NCBI GenBank assembly: GCA_963718665.1 | Contig: OY970359.1 | Location: 1,120,001-1,184,000, forward strand | Length of the DNA stretch: 64,000 nucleotides | From: an uncultured Phycisphaerales bacterium | GTDB taxonomy: Bacteria > Planctomycetota > Phycisphaerae > Sedimentisphaerales > Anaerobacaceae | Direction: 5' to 3' | Shown: one piece after another, positions 30,901-40,133 of the stretch | How the letters are laid out: each line of letters starts with the position of its first letter | Numbering within the stretch: the first letter of the stretch is position 1 | The notes under the pieces: model-generated | What the model was told of the DNA's origin: nothing | Databases searched by the model: none | What the model saw: only the letters and a program-made list of their open reading frames with translations | Translations under genes and position numbers: made by a program

Positions 30901-31123
30901 CATTTTCAGCTTCGCACACATAAACGACCGGAGTAATTGAACTATTTGAAAGCTTATCCGGTGAATCAAGAAGTGCGTAAACACCTTTTAAATTACAATA
31001 CTCTTGCTTCTCTGCCTGAGTAAAGAAAAAGGAATAGCCATGATGTTCTTCCAGCCGTTTACCTTGTAAAAAGGCGGGGTTATCTTTGTAGCCTAATACT
31101 TCGATAAGCTCCTGAGTAGTCAT
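27944..31123 (-). CDS. Large N6-adenine DNA methyltransferase (Type IIG/Eco57I-like architecture)
   Basis: GAYYTP, FDPSCGSGAFL, IFGLD, IIGNPPW, C-terminal TRD-like region; start could be 31168. Confidence 0.85.
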   Translation of the reverse strand: MTTQELIEVLGYKDNPAFLQGKRLEEHHGYSFFFTQAEKQEYCNLKGVYALLDSPDKLSNSSITPVVYVCEAENEDKAEKIHHRVWNQNIVPFLLVVTPKKFRLYSGFEYDRNQSEEERFLEVAKNATEVLSKLSAFKSEAIDSGDIWKQKIISTEKRVDRHLLGNLKKLATVLTGKNYNLPMEQAHILIGKYIYLKYLRDRGILSDERFEKAKNNVDDIFGRNANKTKLYELEEYLNVFLNGSVFPLPSTNNIQAKHIKKVASVFKGDDPESVQQVLFSMYDFSCIPIETLSVVYQQFLHQEGEGKEKGAYYTPVHLVNFILDELDTKKPLKEGMKVFDPSCGSGAFLVQCYRRLVESIVRSRKAKLNPTELRKLLVDHIFGLDADEEACRVAELSLSLTLLDYIEPHDLRTYPTFRLPNLHNQNIFHCKGGFFDEDDVSIPKQSYDWIIGNPPWKNINKKKDKKLSDCKAIDWIDANNKTYPVDNYQLAEAFAWKATQFLSEDGQCGLLMPALTLFKKQGHRFRAKFFSEIETWCIVNFANIRRYLFEEAINPAAAFFYSGKKDWNKSEHYITTYAPFAVEHASQLSQKGETKRIWSIFVNYSTIKEISFRDIKDGSSIPWKTAMWGMHRDKYLLDIILNKYNDILAFKNHYGLAMNQGPEFRTLPIRSESETLESYQDRLTKFKANHKYYPEYVDKYYTNVEEIPEDCFALQSNVYKSFGRNDVYLRNRGGKAGLKLFKAPHIIISASRSFSVYSEVDFMIPPRQIGIAGQDNQKRLLKALALYLKSQFVKYQQWLTSAAWGIERDRPNLYDLKKLPVPLSELSDSALTEWAKLHDEIAEAEERERRLRVKSRGYERTPLFEHLGDSSKPKDSLPRLDDLLKKMNNNVFTLLGISKKQQWLIEDMLNVRMKLNDGVIDAKDVIEPATKKEIDEFASIFQEELDLFLDHSGKSKVHNVKIYYSDNSTVMIVDHLKQSTATEPEVNKVEDNKTRQIMNELQEKLTEAKSQWIYFTRCLQIHEGRKTYIFKPRQRLYWLKSQALAEADDFIAEKLATNK

Positions 31124-31262
31124 TTTCCCCGTTATCAATAATAATTGAACGTGCCGTCCTTCAAACACTATACATTGTCAGTCAAATCGTGTTTTGTGTC
31201 AAGATTTTTGCCTTTCTCCTTGTCGGACAAAACCCGCGTAAATCCGTGTTACCTGTCCTGCC

Positions 31263-32075
31263 TTATTTCAGGAGCGAGGCGGGCTCAATGTTGCCAGCTT
31301 CGATATCCTTGAAGTATTTCACAGTGCCGTATTTCAATTCGACGGCGGCATCTTCGTCGCAGACGATGATTGCTTTGGGATGCAACTGAAGGACGCTGAC
31401 CGTCCACAAATGATTTACGCCCTGGTCGATTGCGTGATGCAAGGCACGTGCCTTGCTGTGGCCTGAGGCGATTATCAGCGTCTCTCTTGCATCCATCACG
31501 GTAGCGACGCCGACGGTGAGCGCGGTTTTGGGAACTTTGTTTACGTCATCGTCGAAGAAGCGTGAGTTGGCGATGATTGTGTCCTGCGTGAGGGTTTTGA
31601 CTCGCGTTCGGCTTGCCAGCGACGAGCCGGGTTCGTTGAAGGCGATGTGTCCGTCGGGGCCGACGCCTCCTATGAAAAGCTCGACGCCGCCGAGCTGCTT
31701 CATTTTTTTCTCGTAGCGTTCACATTCGGCTTCGAGATTTTTGGCGTTGCCGTCGAGGATGTTGACATTTTTGGCGGGGATATCGATGTGGTTGAAAAAA
31801 TTGTTCCGCATATAGTAATGATAGCTTGCGGGGTGGTCTTCGGGCAGGCCGACGTATTCATCCATATTGAAAGTGATGACGTTTTTGAACGTTACCTTTT
31901 TTGCCGAATTGAGTTTAATCAGCTCTTTATACATTCCGAGGGGCGATGAGCCGGTGGGCAGGCCGAGAAGGAAAGGTTTTGTTTTAGTCGGCCCAAAATC
32001 ATTTATTTTTTTCGCGATGTAATGTGCCGCCCATTTCGAGGCAAGCTCGTAATCTGGTTGAATTATCACTCGCAT
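31263..32075 (-). CDS. nagB: Glucosamine-6-phosphate deaminase
   Basis: [44 protein letters not shown]. Confidence 0.96.
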   Translation of the reverse strand: MRVIIQPDYELASKWAAHYIAKKINDFGPTKTKPFLLGLPTGSSPLGMYKELIKLNSAKKVTFKNVITFNMDEYVGLPEDHPASYHYYMRNNFFNHIDIPAKNVNILDGNAKNLEAECERYEKKMKQLGGVELFIGGVGPDGHIAFNEPGSSLASRTRVKTLTQDTIIANSRFFDDDVNKVPKTALTVGVATVMDARETLIIASGHSKARALHHAIDQGVNHLWTVSVLQLHPKAIIVCDEDAAVELKYGTVKYFKDIEAGNIEPASLLK

Positions 32076-32105
32076 AAATACCTCCCTCACGAAGCCGAGT
32101 CGGTA

Positions 32106-34121
32106 TTAACGAATTTTTTGCAGTCGGCGGATAAGCTCATCCGCCAGCCGGGATTTTTCTTCTATGTGCTGTTTGATTTCACCCGCGACGGCGTTTGCCT
32201 CAAAACTGCCTCGGACTTCTGTGAAATCCGCGGTTCTTTCGGCGAAATTGCCGTCGATGCCGTAGCCGGCCTGGACGGTTTCGGCAAATTCCTTTTTGGT
32301 GTCGCCTAAGAGCATATTATCAAGCTCGATTACGGCGGACTTCCATTTGTTAATCATCTCAATAACGTCTTTGGGGCCAATCGCGTCGATGGTTTTGCCG
32401 AGCTGCTGCTGGATGATGTTTGTCGCCCAGGCCCATTCATAGGCCGGGTAATTTTCGTGTGCCGAGGTAAAGGCCGCGGTTATCTGGTCGAGGGTGCTTA
32501 GTGCGCCCGATTCGATATCGTCTATGATTTTGGCGACGGCTTCTTCCGGCGCGAACAATCCCGCCAGGTCAGCCCATTTGCCTGGTCCGATATCGGTTTG
32601 GGGTTTAAGCTCGGCCTGCAACTGCTGGACGTTTGTGAATTCTTTATCCTGGAGGCGGTGGATGAGGCAGTTGCCTAAGAATTTATCGATGCCGATTTCG
32701 TAAAGGCGGATGCCTTTTTCCAGGGAGTCGTGTTTGATTTTTACGCCGTGATACGCGAAATAGCCGGCCTGCCCTGAACTTGTCGAAAGGGTGGTTTCGA
32801 TTCCGGTGGCTTTGAGGTTTCGCAAAAGCTTACAACTGTTGAGCATTTTCTGAATGGTGTATGGGCTTAGGAGCTTGAAATTGATGAGGTCGAGTTTTTT
32901 GGGGTCTTTACGATGGTCGCGTTTTGGCCATTTTTTGGCGTCGCGGACGGTCCCGACGCTTTTTAGGTTTACGGCCGGGACGAGAATGCTTTCATCCTCG
33001 TGTTCGATGAGGTATGAGAAGGGCAAATCGGAGGTGTCGGAGTTGCGATAGTGCCTGCCCATAACAACGGTGAACGCGCCGACCCTGGCGGGCCAAAGCA
33101 TGTAGGAGTCGCTTGCGGTTTTGGAGCCGCGTTCGACGATACCCTGGTGGACGGGGCCGAGTTTATACAGATGGTTGCTCTGGTTTGTGCCGGAGCCGGC
33201 GTTTAAAAAGCTGAAGAGGCCGGCGATGAGCAGGGTTGATTTGTGGTGAGTTACGGTATAGGGGCCGGCGAAAATTGAACAGGCCTCACCGTGAAAACCG
33301 CCGCAGTTGGCGAAGAAGACGGAGTTTTCGGCGGAGTATTGTTTGGTAAGCTCGGTGGCCTGGCCTACGAAGCAATTCGAGAGGATTGCTCCGTCGCTGA
33401 TTTTTGAGCCGGAGCAGGCGATGAAGTTACTTGCGAAGACGCCGGGTCCGATATAAACGGGGTCCTGGGGACAACTATTAATTGAGCCGTTTTCGAGCCG
33501 GTTGGCGGCCTCGATGGTCGCGGCGGGACCAACTTTTACGTTTTTGATGATTCTGGTGTTGAGGATTTTGGCGCCCGTGGCTACAAGGCCCATTGAGGAC
33601 GTAACGGACGCGACGTATTCGGCAATCATAGCCCGCAGCTTTTCGATGAGCTTTGGGCGATGGCGATACAGGGCGATAATATACGCGAGTTGCGCTGATA
33701 AGTGGTCATATATAGGAATTTCCCTGCCGCCTGCTTCGTTTATGACGGCGACATCGGTTCCGTTGCCGAAAGAAGTATTGCCATCGACCGCCAAAAAATC
33801 GACGTTCTCGATGACAGCATTATCTTCCACAATATAATTTGCGATGAAACTTTTGACCTGGTTGATATAGACGTTATTGCCGATTCGGCAGTTGTGAATG
33901 GTAGCGTTGGAGATTCCCGAGGGCCTGGCAAGTCCTCCTTCAAAACGGACGTCTTTCCGGAAAGTCCCCAGTCGGACATCACCTGAAAAGTGGGTTGTTT
34001 TTACCCGTTCGGGGCTGAAACCGTCGGCTACCTGCGTTTTTGACCAGTCAGGGCAGGTGCAGCCCTGGGAGGTCAGTTTGGAGATTTCATCGGCAGTTAA
34101 AGGTCGCCATTTGGAAGCCAT
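32106..34121 (-). CDS. DUF4954-family protein (hexapeptide-like repeats)
   Basis: GCTCPDWS, SFGNG..V.VINE.GGRE, HGEACSIFAGPYTVTHHKSTLLIAG, NAGSGTNQSNH.YKLGP.HQG. Confidence 0.8.
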   Translation of the reverse strand: MASKWRPLTADEISKLTSQGCTCPDWSKTQVADGFSPERVKTTHFSGDVRLGTFRKDVRFEGGLARPSGISNATIHNCRIGNNVYINQVKSFIANYIVEDNAVIENVDFLAVDGNTSFGNGTDVAVINEAGGREIPIYDHLSAQLAYIIALYRHRPKLIEKLRAMIAEYVASVTSSMGLVATGAKILNTRIIKNVKVGPAATIEAANRLENGSINSCPQDPVYIGPGVFASNFIACSGSKISDGAILSNCFVGQATELTKQYSAENSVFFANCGGFHGEACSIFAGPYTVTHHKSTLLIAGLFSFLNAGSGTNQSNHLYKLGPVHQGIVERGSKTASDSYMLWPARVGAFTVVMGRHYRNSDTSDLPFSYLIEHEDESILVPAVNLKSVGTVRDAKKWPKRDHRKDPKKLDLINFKLLSPYTIQKMLNSCKLLRNLKATGIETTLSTSSGQAGYFAYHGVKIKHDSLEKGIRLYEIGIDKFLGNCLIHRLQDKEFTNVQQLQAELKPQTDIGPGKWADLAGLFAPEEAVAKIIDDIESGALSTLDQITAAFTSAHENYPAYEWAWATNIIQQQLGKTIDAIGPKDVIEMINKWKSAVIELDNMLLGDTKKEFAETVQAGYGIDGNFAERTADFTEVRGSFEANAVAGEIKQHIEEKSRLADELIRRLQKIR

Positions 34122-34415
34122 TTTCGCCTTTCATAATTTTATTGGACGTTCCTGACGTCAATCACATCAGAGTCGGCAATTCCGCGCAGCATAACCACAA
34201 TAAGGATTGTTTAACAGCAGGAGGAGGCCAGGTCAAGAAATTTCCGACTGTAGCAAAGAAAGCGTTTGGAAAGGATGAATTTATTTTGAATAATTTAATA
34301 AATTTGCGTTAAAAAATTTATAGCTGCAGGTAAAGGGAAGCCGATGAATCATTGTATAAACAATTGTGTTTGTGGTGGTCGTGTCATTATTGATTTTTTT
34401 AAGTGGCAGGGAAAT

Positions 34416-34964
34416 ATGTCAAATCAGCCGCGAGTAACGAAAGTATTGGTGGTGCTGCTCGTCTCGATGACGACAGGCGCGGTTGTGTTGATGGCTTTGG
34501 GTAATCATCCGCCGTCAGCGGGGCCGTTCTGTCTTTCGACTTATTACCGGCTCGACCCCATCCAGCAGGCGATTGACTCCCGTGTTACCCAGGCGCCGGG
34601 CCGATGGGAAAGCGTTGAGATTTACTACAGCGGAACAAAGGCAGGCAACGTTGACCAGCTCGCATCACTTTCCGGCTTAACCAACTCCGATGACATCAAC
34701 TGCCACTTCGTTATCTGCAACGGCTTAGGCGGCAGCGACGGCCAGATTCAAACCACAGAAAAATGGCAAAAGCAGTGGTCGGTCATTCCCGACCATACCT
34801 GGTATGGCTCAAGCAGGACGGTTCGGATTTGCCTCGTAGCCGACGGCAGAAACGTCCGCCCGACCAATTCCCAGATTAAAAGAACTGAAGCCCTGGTTGA
34901 GTCGCTTGCGATAAAATTCAACGTCCCCGCGAGTAAAATCTTCTATCCCACCAACTGGCGGTAA
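34416..34964 (+). CDS. Membrane-anchored Amidase_2-like protein lacking Zn ligands
   Basis: TM anchor; W..VEIYYSG, CHFVICNG.GG.DGQI...KW.KQ, ICLV, PT.SQ...L..L...FNVP. Confidence 0.6.
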   Translation: MSNQPRVTKVLVVLLVSMTTGAVVLMALGNHPPSAGPFCLSTYYRLDPIQQAIDSRVTQAPGRWESVEIYYSGTKAGNVDQLASLSGLTNSDDINCHFVICNGLGGSDGQIQTTEKWQKQWSVIPDHTWYGSSRTVRICLVADGRNVRPTNSQIKRTEALVESLAIKFNVPASKIFYPTNWR

Positions 34965-35065
34965 GTCGTTACATTTCCGATTTTCTATTTTACCCCGTAG
35001 CGATTCTGCGCATTTCTCTATGGGCCAGCTAAAGTGGTTTGCACTTTTTTGGCTTTATGGGTACT

Positions 35066-35105
35066 AAAAAAATCGGCTGTGTGCCCACAAGAGGCACACA
35101 GCCGA
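35066..35105 (-). terminator. Intrinsic terminator
   Basis: 13-bp stem tcggctgtgtgcc/ggcacacagccga preceded by A7 on + strand. Confidence 0.8.
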
Positions 35106-35148
35106 AGCTCCAAACAGGTAATTAAGGGAGTAGGTTAATTACATTAGA

Positions 35149-35952
35149 TTACCAGCCCCATTCCGGAGGCGGGACGTTGGTTTGTCTTTCACGGCGAGGC
35201 ATATTCCACTCCTGCTGCCCCATATTTTCTGCTCCTGGTCCGGGATTCCATTCTCTTTGGAAACCGCGACCCCAGCCGCGCATTTGCATAGGTCTGCCTT
35301 GCTGACAGGGCATCTGTCCGAATCCGCCGGCGCCGACCATTGGCCCGCAATTTCCCATGCCGTTAAAAATGCCGGGGCCGCAACCCCAACCCATCGTTAC
35401 TTCATTTTGCGGCCCGGCAATTACTCCGCAATTACCCATCATATTGTTGCAACCGCCAAATCCACGTCTCATTGCCTGAAACTGCCCCCAGCGTGGGCCT
35501 GCCATTGGACCACCCCAATAACCGCACGGGCCCCGCATTGCCCAGCCCTGGTTGAAGCCCGGTCCAGCCATTTGCTGACCCTGACCCCAGCCGGGTCCCA
35601 TCTGCCTGCCCTGCATAGCTCCGTAATTTGGAGCGAAGCCGGGACCCATTTGCCCCATCATTCGGCGATGTGCCCACCGGTACCATCTGCTGAACTTGAC
35701 GAATTCCCGCATTTTTTCTCTGCGTTCCTGCATCTTGTTGATGATTTCGCCCATTTTTTCCCTGTCGTTGGCCTTATAGGCCTCGGCTAACTGATCGAGC
35801 AGGCCTTCGTGCTGCCCCTGTAGTTCGCAGGTCTTTGCCTTTGGTTCCGGTTTTTCAGCAAACACCTTTTCCTTTGCTTTTTCCGCGGCGAATACCCCTA
35901 TTGTTACCACTAAAATGGCCGCTATTACGCCTGTAATGATTTTTCTTGTCAT
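35149..35952 (-). CDS. Secreted protein with Gly/Met/Pro/Gln-rich low-complexity tail
   Basis: Signal peptide, short helical domain, repeated MGPG/MAGP/WG motifs. Confidence 0.75.
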   Translation of the reverse strand: MTRKIITGVIAAILVVTIGVFAAEKAKEKVFAEKPEPKAKTCELQGQHEGLLDQLAEAYKANDREKMGEIINKMQERREKMREFVKFSRWYRWAHRRMMGQMGPGFAPNYGAMQGRQMGPGWGQGQQMAGPGFNQGWAMRGPCGYWGGPMAGPRWGQFQAMRRGFGGCNNMMGNCGVIAGPQNEVTMGWGCGPGIFNGMGNCGPMVGAGGFGQMPCQQGRPMQMRGWGRGFQREWNPGPGAENMGQQEWNMPRRERQTNVPPPEWGW

Positions 35953-35996
35953 ATTTCACCCCTTTCAGATTTTTGTGAATTCATAATTCGTAAACA

Positions 35997-36024
35997 TAGA
36001 CGTCCGGGGGTGTGTTTTTATTGC
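35997..36024 (-). promoter_or_regulatory. Possible ECF promoter
   Basis: GCAAT-N17-CGTCTA about 45 nt upstream of the start codon. Confidence 0.4.
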
Positions 36025-36107
36025 GATAATGTGCTCTGAAAACGCTTGCGGGGGAGGCGACGGCTTCTTAGAATACCCTTTCTTTTGGACAAACACGAGG
36101 GAAATGT

Positions 36108-37637
36108 ATGCTGGCTAAATTATATAGCGTCGCGCTTGAGGGTATCGAGGGAATTATCTGCGAAGTCGAGGTCGATGTCGCACGGGGCGGGTTCGACAAG
36201 ACGTTAATCGTCGGGCTGCCTGACGCGGCGGTAAAGGAAAGCGCGGAAAGAGTGCGAAGCGCAATCGTCAACTGCGGATATAAATATCCCAAGACGCAAT
36301 CATTAGTTAATCTTGCCCCGGCGGACACAAAAAAGGAAGGGCCTGCGTTCGATTTACCAATCGCATTAGGGATTCTTTTGGGGGAGAGTGTTTTCAGCAG
36401 CACGGTTTTGAAGGACTATGTCGTTGTTGGAGAGCTTGCGCTCGACGGCAGGGTGAGGCCGGTCAACGGCGTTTTGAGTATGGCGATGACAGCTAAAGCG
36501 GCTGGTTTTCGCGGGATAATTGTTCCATTGGATAACGCTGCGGAGGCGGCGGTCGTTGAGGAGCTGGAGGTTTACGGAATCGGGTCATTGACACAGGCGG
36601 TTGATTTCCTCGGCGGGAAATTGCCTTTGCAAACCACAACGATTGATATCGACAAAATCTTCGGAGCTGAAAGCAAATACGACTTTGACTTTTCTGATGT
36701 TAAGGGACAGGAAAGCGTCAAGCGTGCGCTTACTGTGGCAGCAACGGGCGGACACAATATTTTGATGATTGGCCCGCCGGGGGCGGGCAAGACGATGCTT
36801 GCGCAGCGGTTAGCGACGATTTTGCCTCCTTTGACGCTGGCGGAATCGCTTGAGACGACTCGTATATACTCATCAGTAGGACTTCTGGGCAAGGGTAAAT
36901 CGTTATTGGCGACGAGGCCAGTTCGTATGCCTCATCATACGGCGAGCGGCCCAGCGCTGGTGGGCGGCGGCGTAAACGCAAGGCCCGGCGAATTATCATT
37001 TGCGCATCACGGGATATTGTTTCTCGATGAGTTCGCGGAGTTTCCGCGTCACGTTCTTGAGATGATACGCCAGCCGCTTGAGGATGGCGCGGTTACGGTT
37101 TCGCGTTCCAAAAAATCCATCAAGTATTTCGCGGCGTTTCTTTTGGTGGCATCGTGCAATCCGTGTCCCTGCGGATACTTCGGGTCTGATTCTCGACGGT
37201 GCAAATGCACGCCGGGGCAGGTAGAGCGATATTTGTCAAAAATTTCAGGCCCGTTGATTGACCGAATCGATATCCATATAGACGTGCCCGCGGTGAGTTT
37301 CTACAAGCTGCGCTCAAAAGCGAACCAGCTCGATTCTGCGACGATAAGGGATGACGTGATGAGGGGGCGGGCGATTCAGGCGAAGCGATTCGACGACGGC
37401 AAATTAATAACCAACGCGAGGATGACGCACAAACAAGTCGAGAAGTTCTGCAAGCTGGACGAATCGGGTGAGATGCTTCTCAAAGAGGCGATGATGGAGT
37501 TCGGCTTGTCGGCCCGCGCGCACGACAAAATCTGCAAAGTTGCCCGCACTATAGCGGACCTTGCGGGTTGTGAGGATATAAAGCCGGAGCACGTGGCCGA
37601 GGCCGTGGGCTATCGAAAATTAGACAGGAAACTCTAA
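36108..37637 (+). CDS. comM: YifB/ComM family Mg-chelatase-like AAA+ ATPase
   Basis: IVGLPDAAVKES, NLAPAD.KKEG..FDL, GPPGAGKTMLA, PHHTAS, LFLDEF.EF, NPCPCGY, LSARA. Confidence 0.92.
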   Translation: MLAKLYSVALEGIEGIICEVEVDVARGGFDKTLIVGLPDAAVKESAERVRSAIVNCGYKYPKTQSLVNLAPADTKKEGPAFDLPIALGILLGESVFSSTVLKDYVVVGELALDGRVRPVNGVLSMAMTAKAAGFRGIIVPLDNAAEAAVVEELEVYGIGSLTQAVDFLGGKLPLQTTTIDIDKIFGAESKYDFDFSDVKGQESVKRALTVAATGGHNILMIGPPGAGKTMLAQRLATILPPLTLAESLETTRIYSSVGLLGKGKSLLATRPVRMPHHTASGPALVGGGVNARPGELSFAHHGILFLDEFAEFPRHVLEMIRQPLEDGAVTVSRSKKSIKYFAAFLLVASCNPCPCGYFGSDSRRCKCTPGQVERYLSKISGPLIDRIDIHIDVPAVSFYKLRSKANQLDSATIRDDVMRGRAIQAKRFDDGKLITNARMTHKQVEKFCKLDESGEMLLKEAMMEFGLSARAHDKICKVARTIADLAGCEDIKPEHVAEAVGYRKLDRKL

Positions 37638-37756
37638 GTCGCAGCCGCATCTTCTCTTGCCTGTTTTTAGGTTCTAAAAGTACTCGTTTATAAGTCAAAT
37701 AAAAGCACATTTGCCCCCTTTTCTTTTGGGGAGAGCAGGAATAGAATATCCATTTG

Positions 37757-39913
37757 ATGAGCAAAGACAAGAAAAGCAAGTTTTACGCGGCTAACAAGTC
37801 CCCGGTGCAAATGCAAATATCGCCGAAGCGATTGTGGCTGTTTCGCATAATCGCGGCGGTTGTCATACCGATTCTGCTTGTGGCACTTCTGGATGTCCTC
37901 CTTGGTGTTGCCGGCTACGGATTTCCTGCCTCCACGTTTGTGAGAGCCAAGGTCAACGGCAGGACTGTTTATTACAGCAATAACAAGTTCGGTTGGCAAT
38001 TCTTCCCTCCGAAAATCTCACGTGAGTTAGAGCCATTTGTTGTTCCCGCTGACAAGACGGACAACACCTACAGGATTTTCATCTTCGGTGAATCTGCCGC
38101 CCAGGGCGACCCGGACCCATCTTACTGCTTCGGCCGGCAGTTGTCTGTTATGCTGCGCCAGCAATATCCGTCGGTTAACTTCGAGGTCTTTTCCGTTGGT
38201 ATGGCGGCCATAAATTCGCACGCCATTGTCCGGATTGCTGAAGATTGCGCACGGCTCAAGCCCGACTTGTTTGTGGTTTATATGGGTAATAATGAAGTTG
38301 TCGGGCCATACGGCGCGGGGACGGTTTTCTCGTCGTTTTCAAAAAGTTTGTTTCTCATCAGAATGGGCGTCGCAATCAAGGCAACCAAGTTAGGCCAGCT
38401 AATTACCAGCATTACTGATATTATGGGTGACAGGCCTAAAAACTGGGGCGGACGAGGGATGTTCTTAGGCAAACAAATCCGGCACGACGACAAGCGGATG
38501 CAATATGTTTACAGTTACTTCCGGCGTAATCTTGAGGATATCATCAGGTCTGCGCAGAAGGCCGGGGCCAAAACAATCGTTTCAACTATTGCGGTAAATT
38601 TGAAAGATTGTCCGCCGTTTTCCTCGTTGCATCGGCCGAATCTGGGTGACCAGTTGAAGCAATTTGACGGTTTTTTCCAACACGGCATCAAGCTTGAAAA
38701 AGCGGGGGATTTCAACGGTGCTGCTGACAGTTATTTGTCTGCCGCGAAAATTGACGATACTTACGCGGAATTGCAGTTCCGTCTGGGGAGGTGTCAGTGG
38801 AACCTGGAGCAGTATGACAAAGCCGAAAAAAGTTATGTCCGGGCTATGGGGCTTGATACTATGCGGTTCCGTGCAGATTCAAGCATCAACCAAATTATCC
38901 TGGAGACAGCCAAAAACCGGCAAGCTCAGGGCGTTTATCTTGTTGACGCCGCCGATGAATTCGCCAGGCAAAGTCCGCACAATTGTCCCGGCTTCGAGTT
39001 GTTCCTCGAGCACGTTCATCTTAATTTCCAGGGCAATTACCTGCTTGCCAAGGTAGTTTTTGACCAGGTTGAACATATATTGCCGGACAAGATAAAAACA
39101 CAAAAAGCTCAAACTTCGGTGCCGAGCGAAACCGACTGCACCAGATTACTGGCCTATACAGATTACGATAATCTCCGTATCACAAAGGGAAACTTCAACA
39201 CCATTAGTAAGGAAGCGATGGTATTCAATCAGGCATATCATAATGAGGCGACAGATTTCTGGAGGCAAAAGACCGAGCGGATTGAGGCCGGTATCGGCCC
39301 GAGGACATTTGCCGGCGCTATTGAGCAATACAAGCAGGCGATTGAGCTTAATGGCACCGACCGTTATCTGCACCGGAACTACGCTAAATTACTCGCTAAG
39401 GACCCTAACTACGCATATACCATTGCAGAGCAGTATCGCCTGGTTATTGAGCAGATACCATCTGACTATCATTCGCTTATCGACCTTGCTGCCTGGGAGA
39501 TAGAAACGGGAAATATCGATTCAGCTTTGAAACACGCCGTCAAAGCACTCGATTTTAATCCGACGAGCGCTATAGCCAATTATACTACGGGAGTGCTGTA
39601 TGAGAAAAAGGGCCAATATGAAAAAGCGCAAAAGTACGTAACCAACGCGATGAAATTAAGTCCTACATCAGTCCCTGCTTATAAAAGTTTAGCCTCGATT
39701 TTAGGCCATCAGGGCAAAGTTGACCAGGCCGAACAAGTTTATCGAAAGGGAATCGAAGCAGTTCCGACCGACGCGTCTTTGCATTTCAATTTAGGATTAT
39801 TGCTCCGCGGGAAAAACCAATTAAAAGAAGCCGACAAGGAGCTGCAAAGAGCAATTGCGCTGGACCCCAACATTGCCTCACAGAACAGGGATGCCGGAAC
39901 GGAGCTTCACTAA
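37757..39913 (+). CDS. Membrane-anchored SGNH-hydrolase-fold protein with TPR repeats
   Basis: TM helix; IFGESAAQG, YMGNNE, LEHVHLN; several TPR repeats. Confidence 0.8.
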   Translation: MSKDKKSKFYAANKSPVQMQISPKRLWLFRIIAAVVIPILLVALLDVLLGVAGYGFPASTFVRAKVNGRTVYYSNNKFGWQFFPPKISRELEPFVVPADKTDNTYRIFIFGESAAQGDPDPSYCFGRQLSVMLRQQYPSVNFEVFSVGMAAINSHAIVRIAEDCARLKPDLFVVYMGNNEVVGPYGAGTVFSSFSKSLFLIRMGVAIKATKLGQLITSITDIMGDRPKNWGGRGMFLGKQIRHDDKRMQYVYSYFRRNLEDIIRSAQKAGAKTIVSTIAVNLKDCPPFSSLHRPNLGDQLKQFDGFFQHGIKLEKAGDFNGAADSYLSAAKIDDTYAELQFRLGRCQWNLEQYDKAEKSYVRAMGLDTMRFRADSSINQIILETAKNRQAQGVYLVDAADEFARQSPHNCPGFELFLEHVHLNFQGNYLLAKVVFDQVEHILPDKIKTQKAQTSVPSETDCTRLLAYTDYDNLRITKGNFNTISKEAMVFNQAYHNEATDFWRQKTERIEAGIGPRTFAGAIEQYKQAIELNGTDRYLHRNYAKLLAKDPNYAYTIAEQYRLVIEQIPSDYHSLIDLAAWEIETGNIDSALKHAVKALDFNPTSAIANYTTGVLYEKKGQYEKAQKYVTNAMKLSPTSVPAYKSLASILGHQGKVDQAEQVYRKGIEAVPTDASLHFNLGLLLRGKNQLKEADKELQRAIALDPNIASQNRDAGTELH

Positions 39914-40110
39914 AACAGCGTATAGATAAATGGTGCAACGGCGGAGCCGCCGAGAACAACCAGTAATCCTAAAAGCAAAAGTATAAGCAGTATCGGCAGG
40001 AGCCACCATTTCTTGTTGCGCTTGAGGAAAAACCAGAACTCGGCGACGATGCCCGGGCGTTTCTGCTGTGAAAGCTTTGCGAAATTATTGTCTTTTCTGT
40101 CAGCAGGCAT
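39910..40110 (-). CDS. SxtK-like small membrane protein (DUF5989)
   Basis: EFW.FLK.NKKWWLLP...GSAVAPFIYTLF. Confidence 0.85.
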   Translation of the reverse strand: MPADRKDNNFAKLSQQKRPGIVAEFWFFLKRNKKWWLLPILLILLLLGLLVVLGGSAVAPFIYTLF

Positions 40111-40133
40111 ATTTATTTATTTTCTCCATATAG

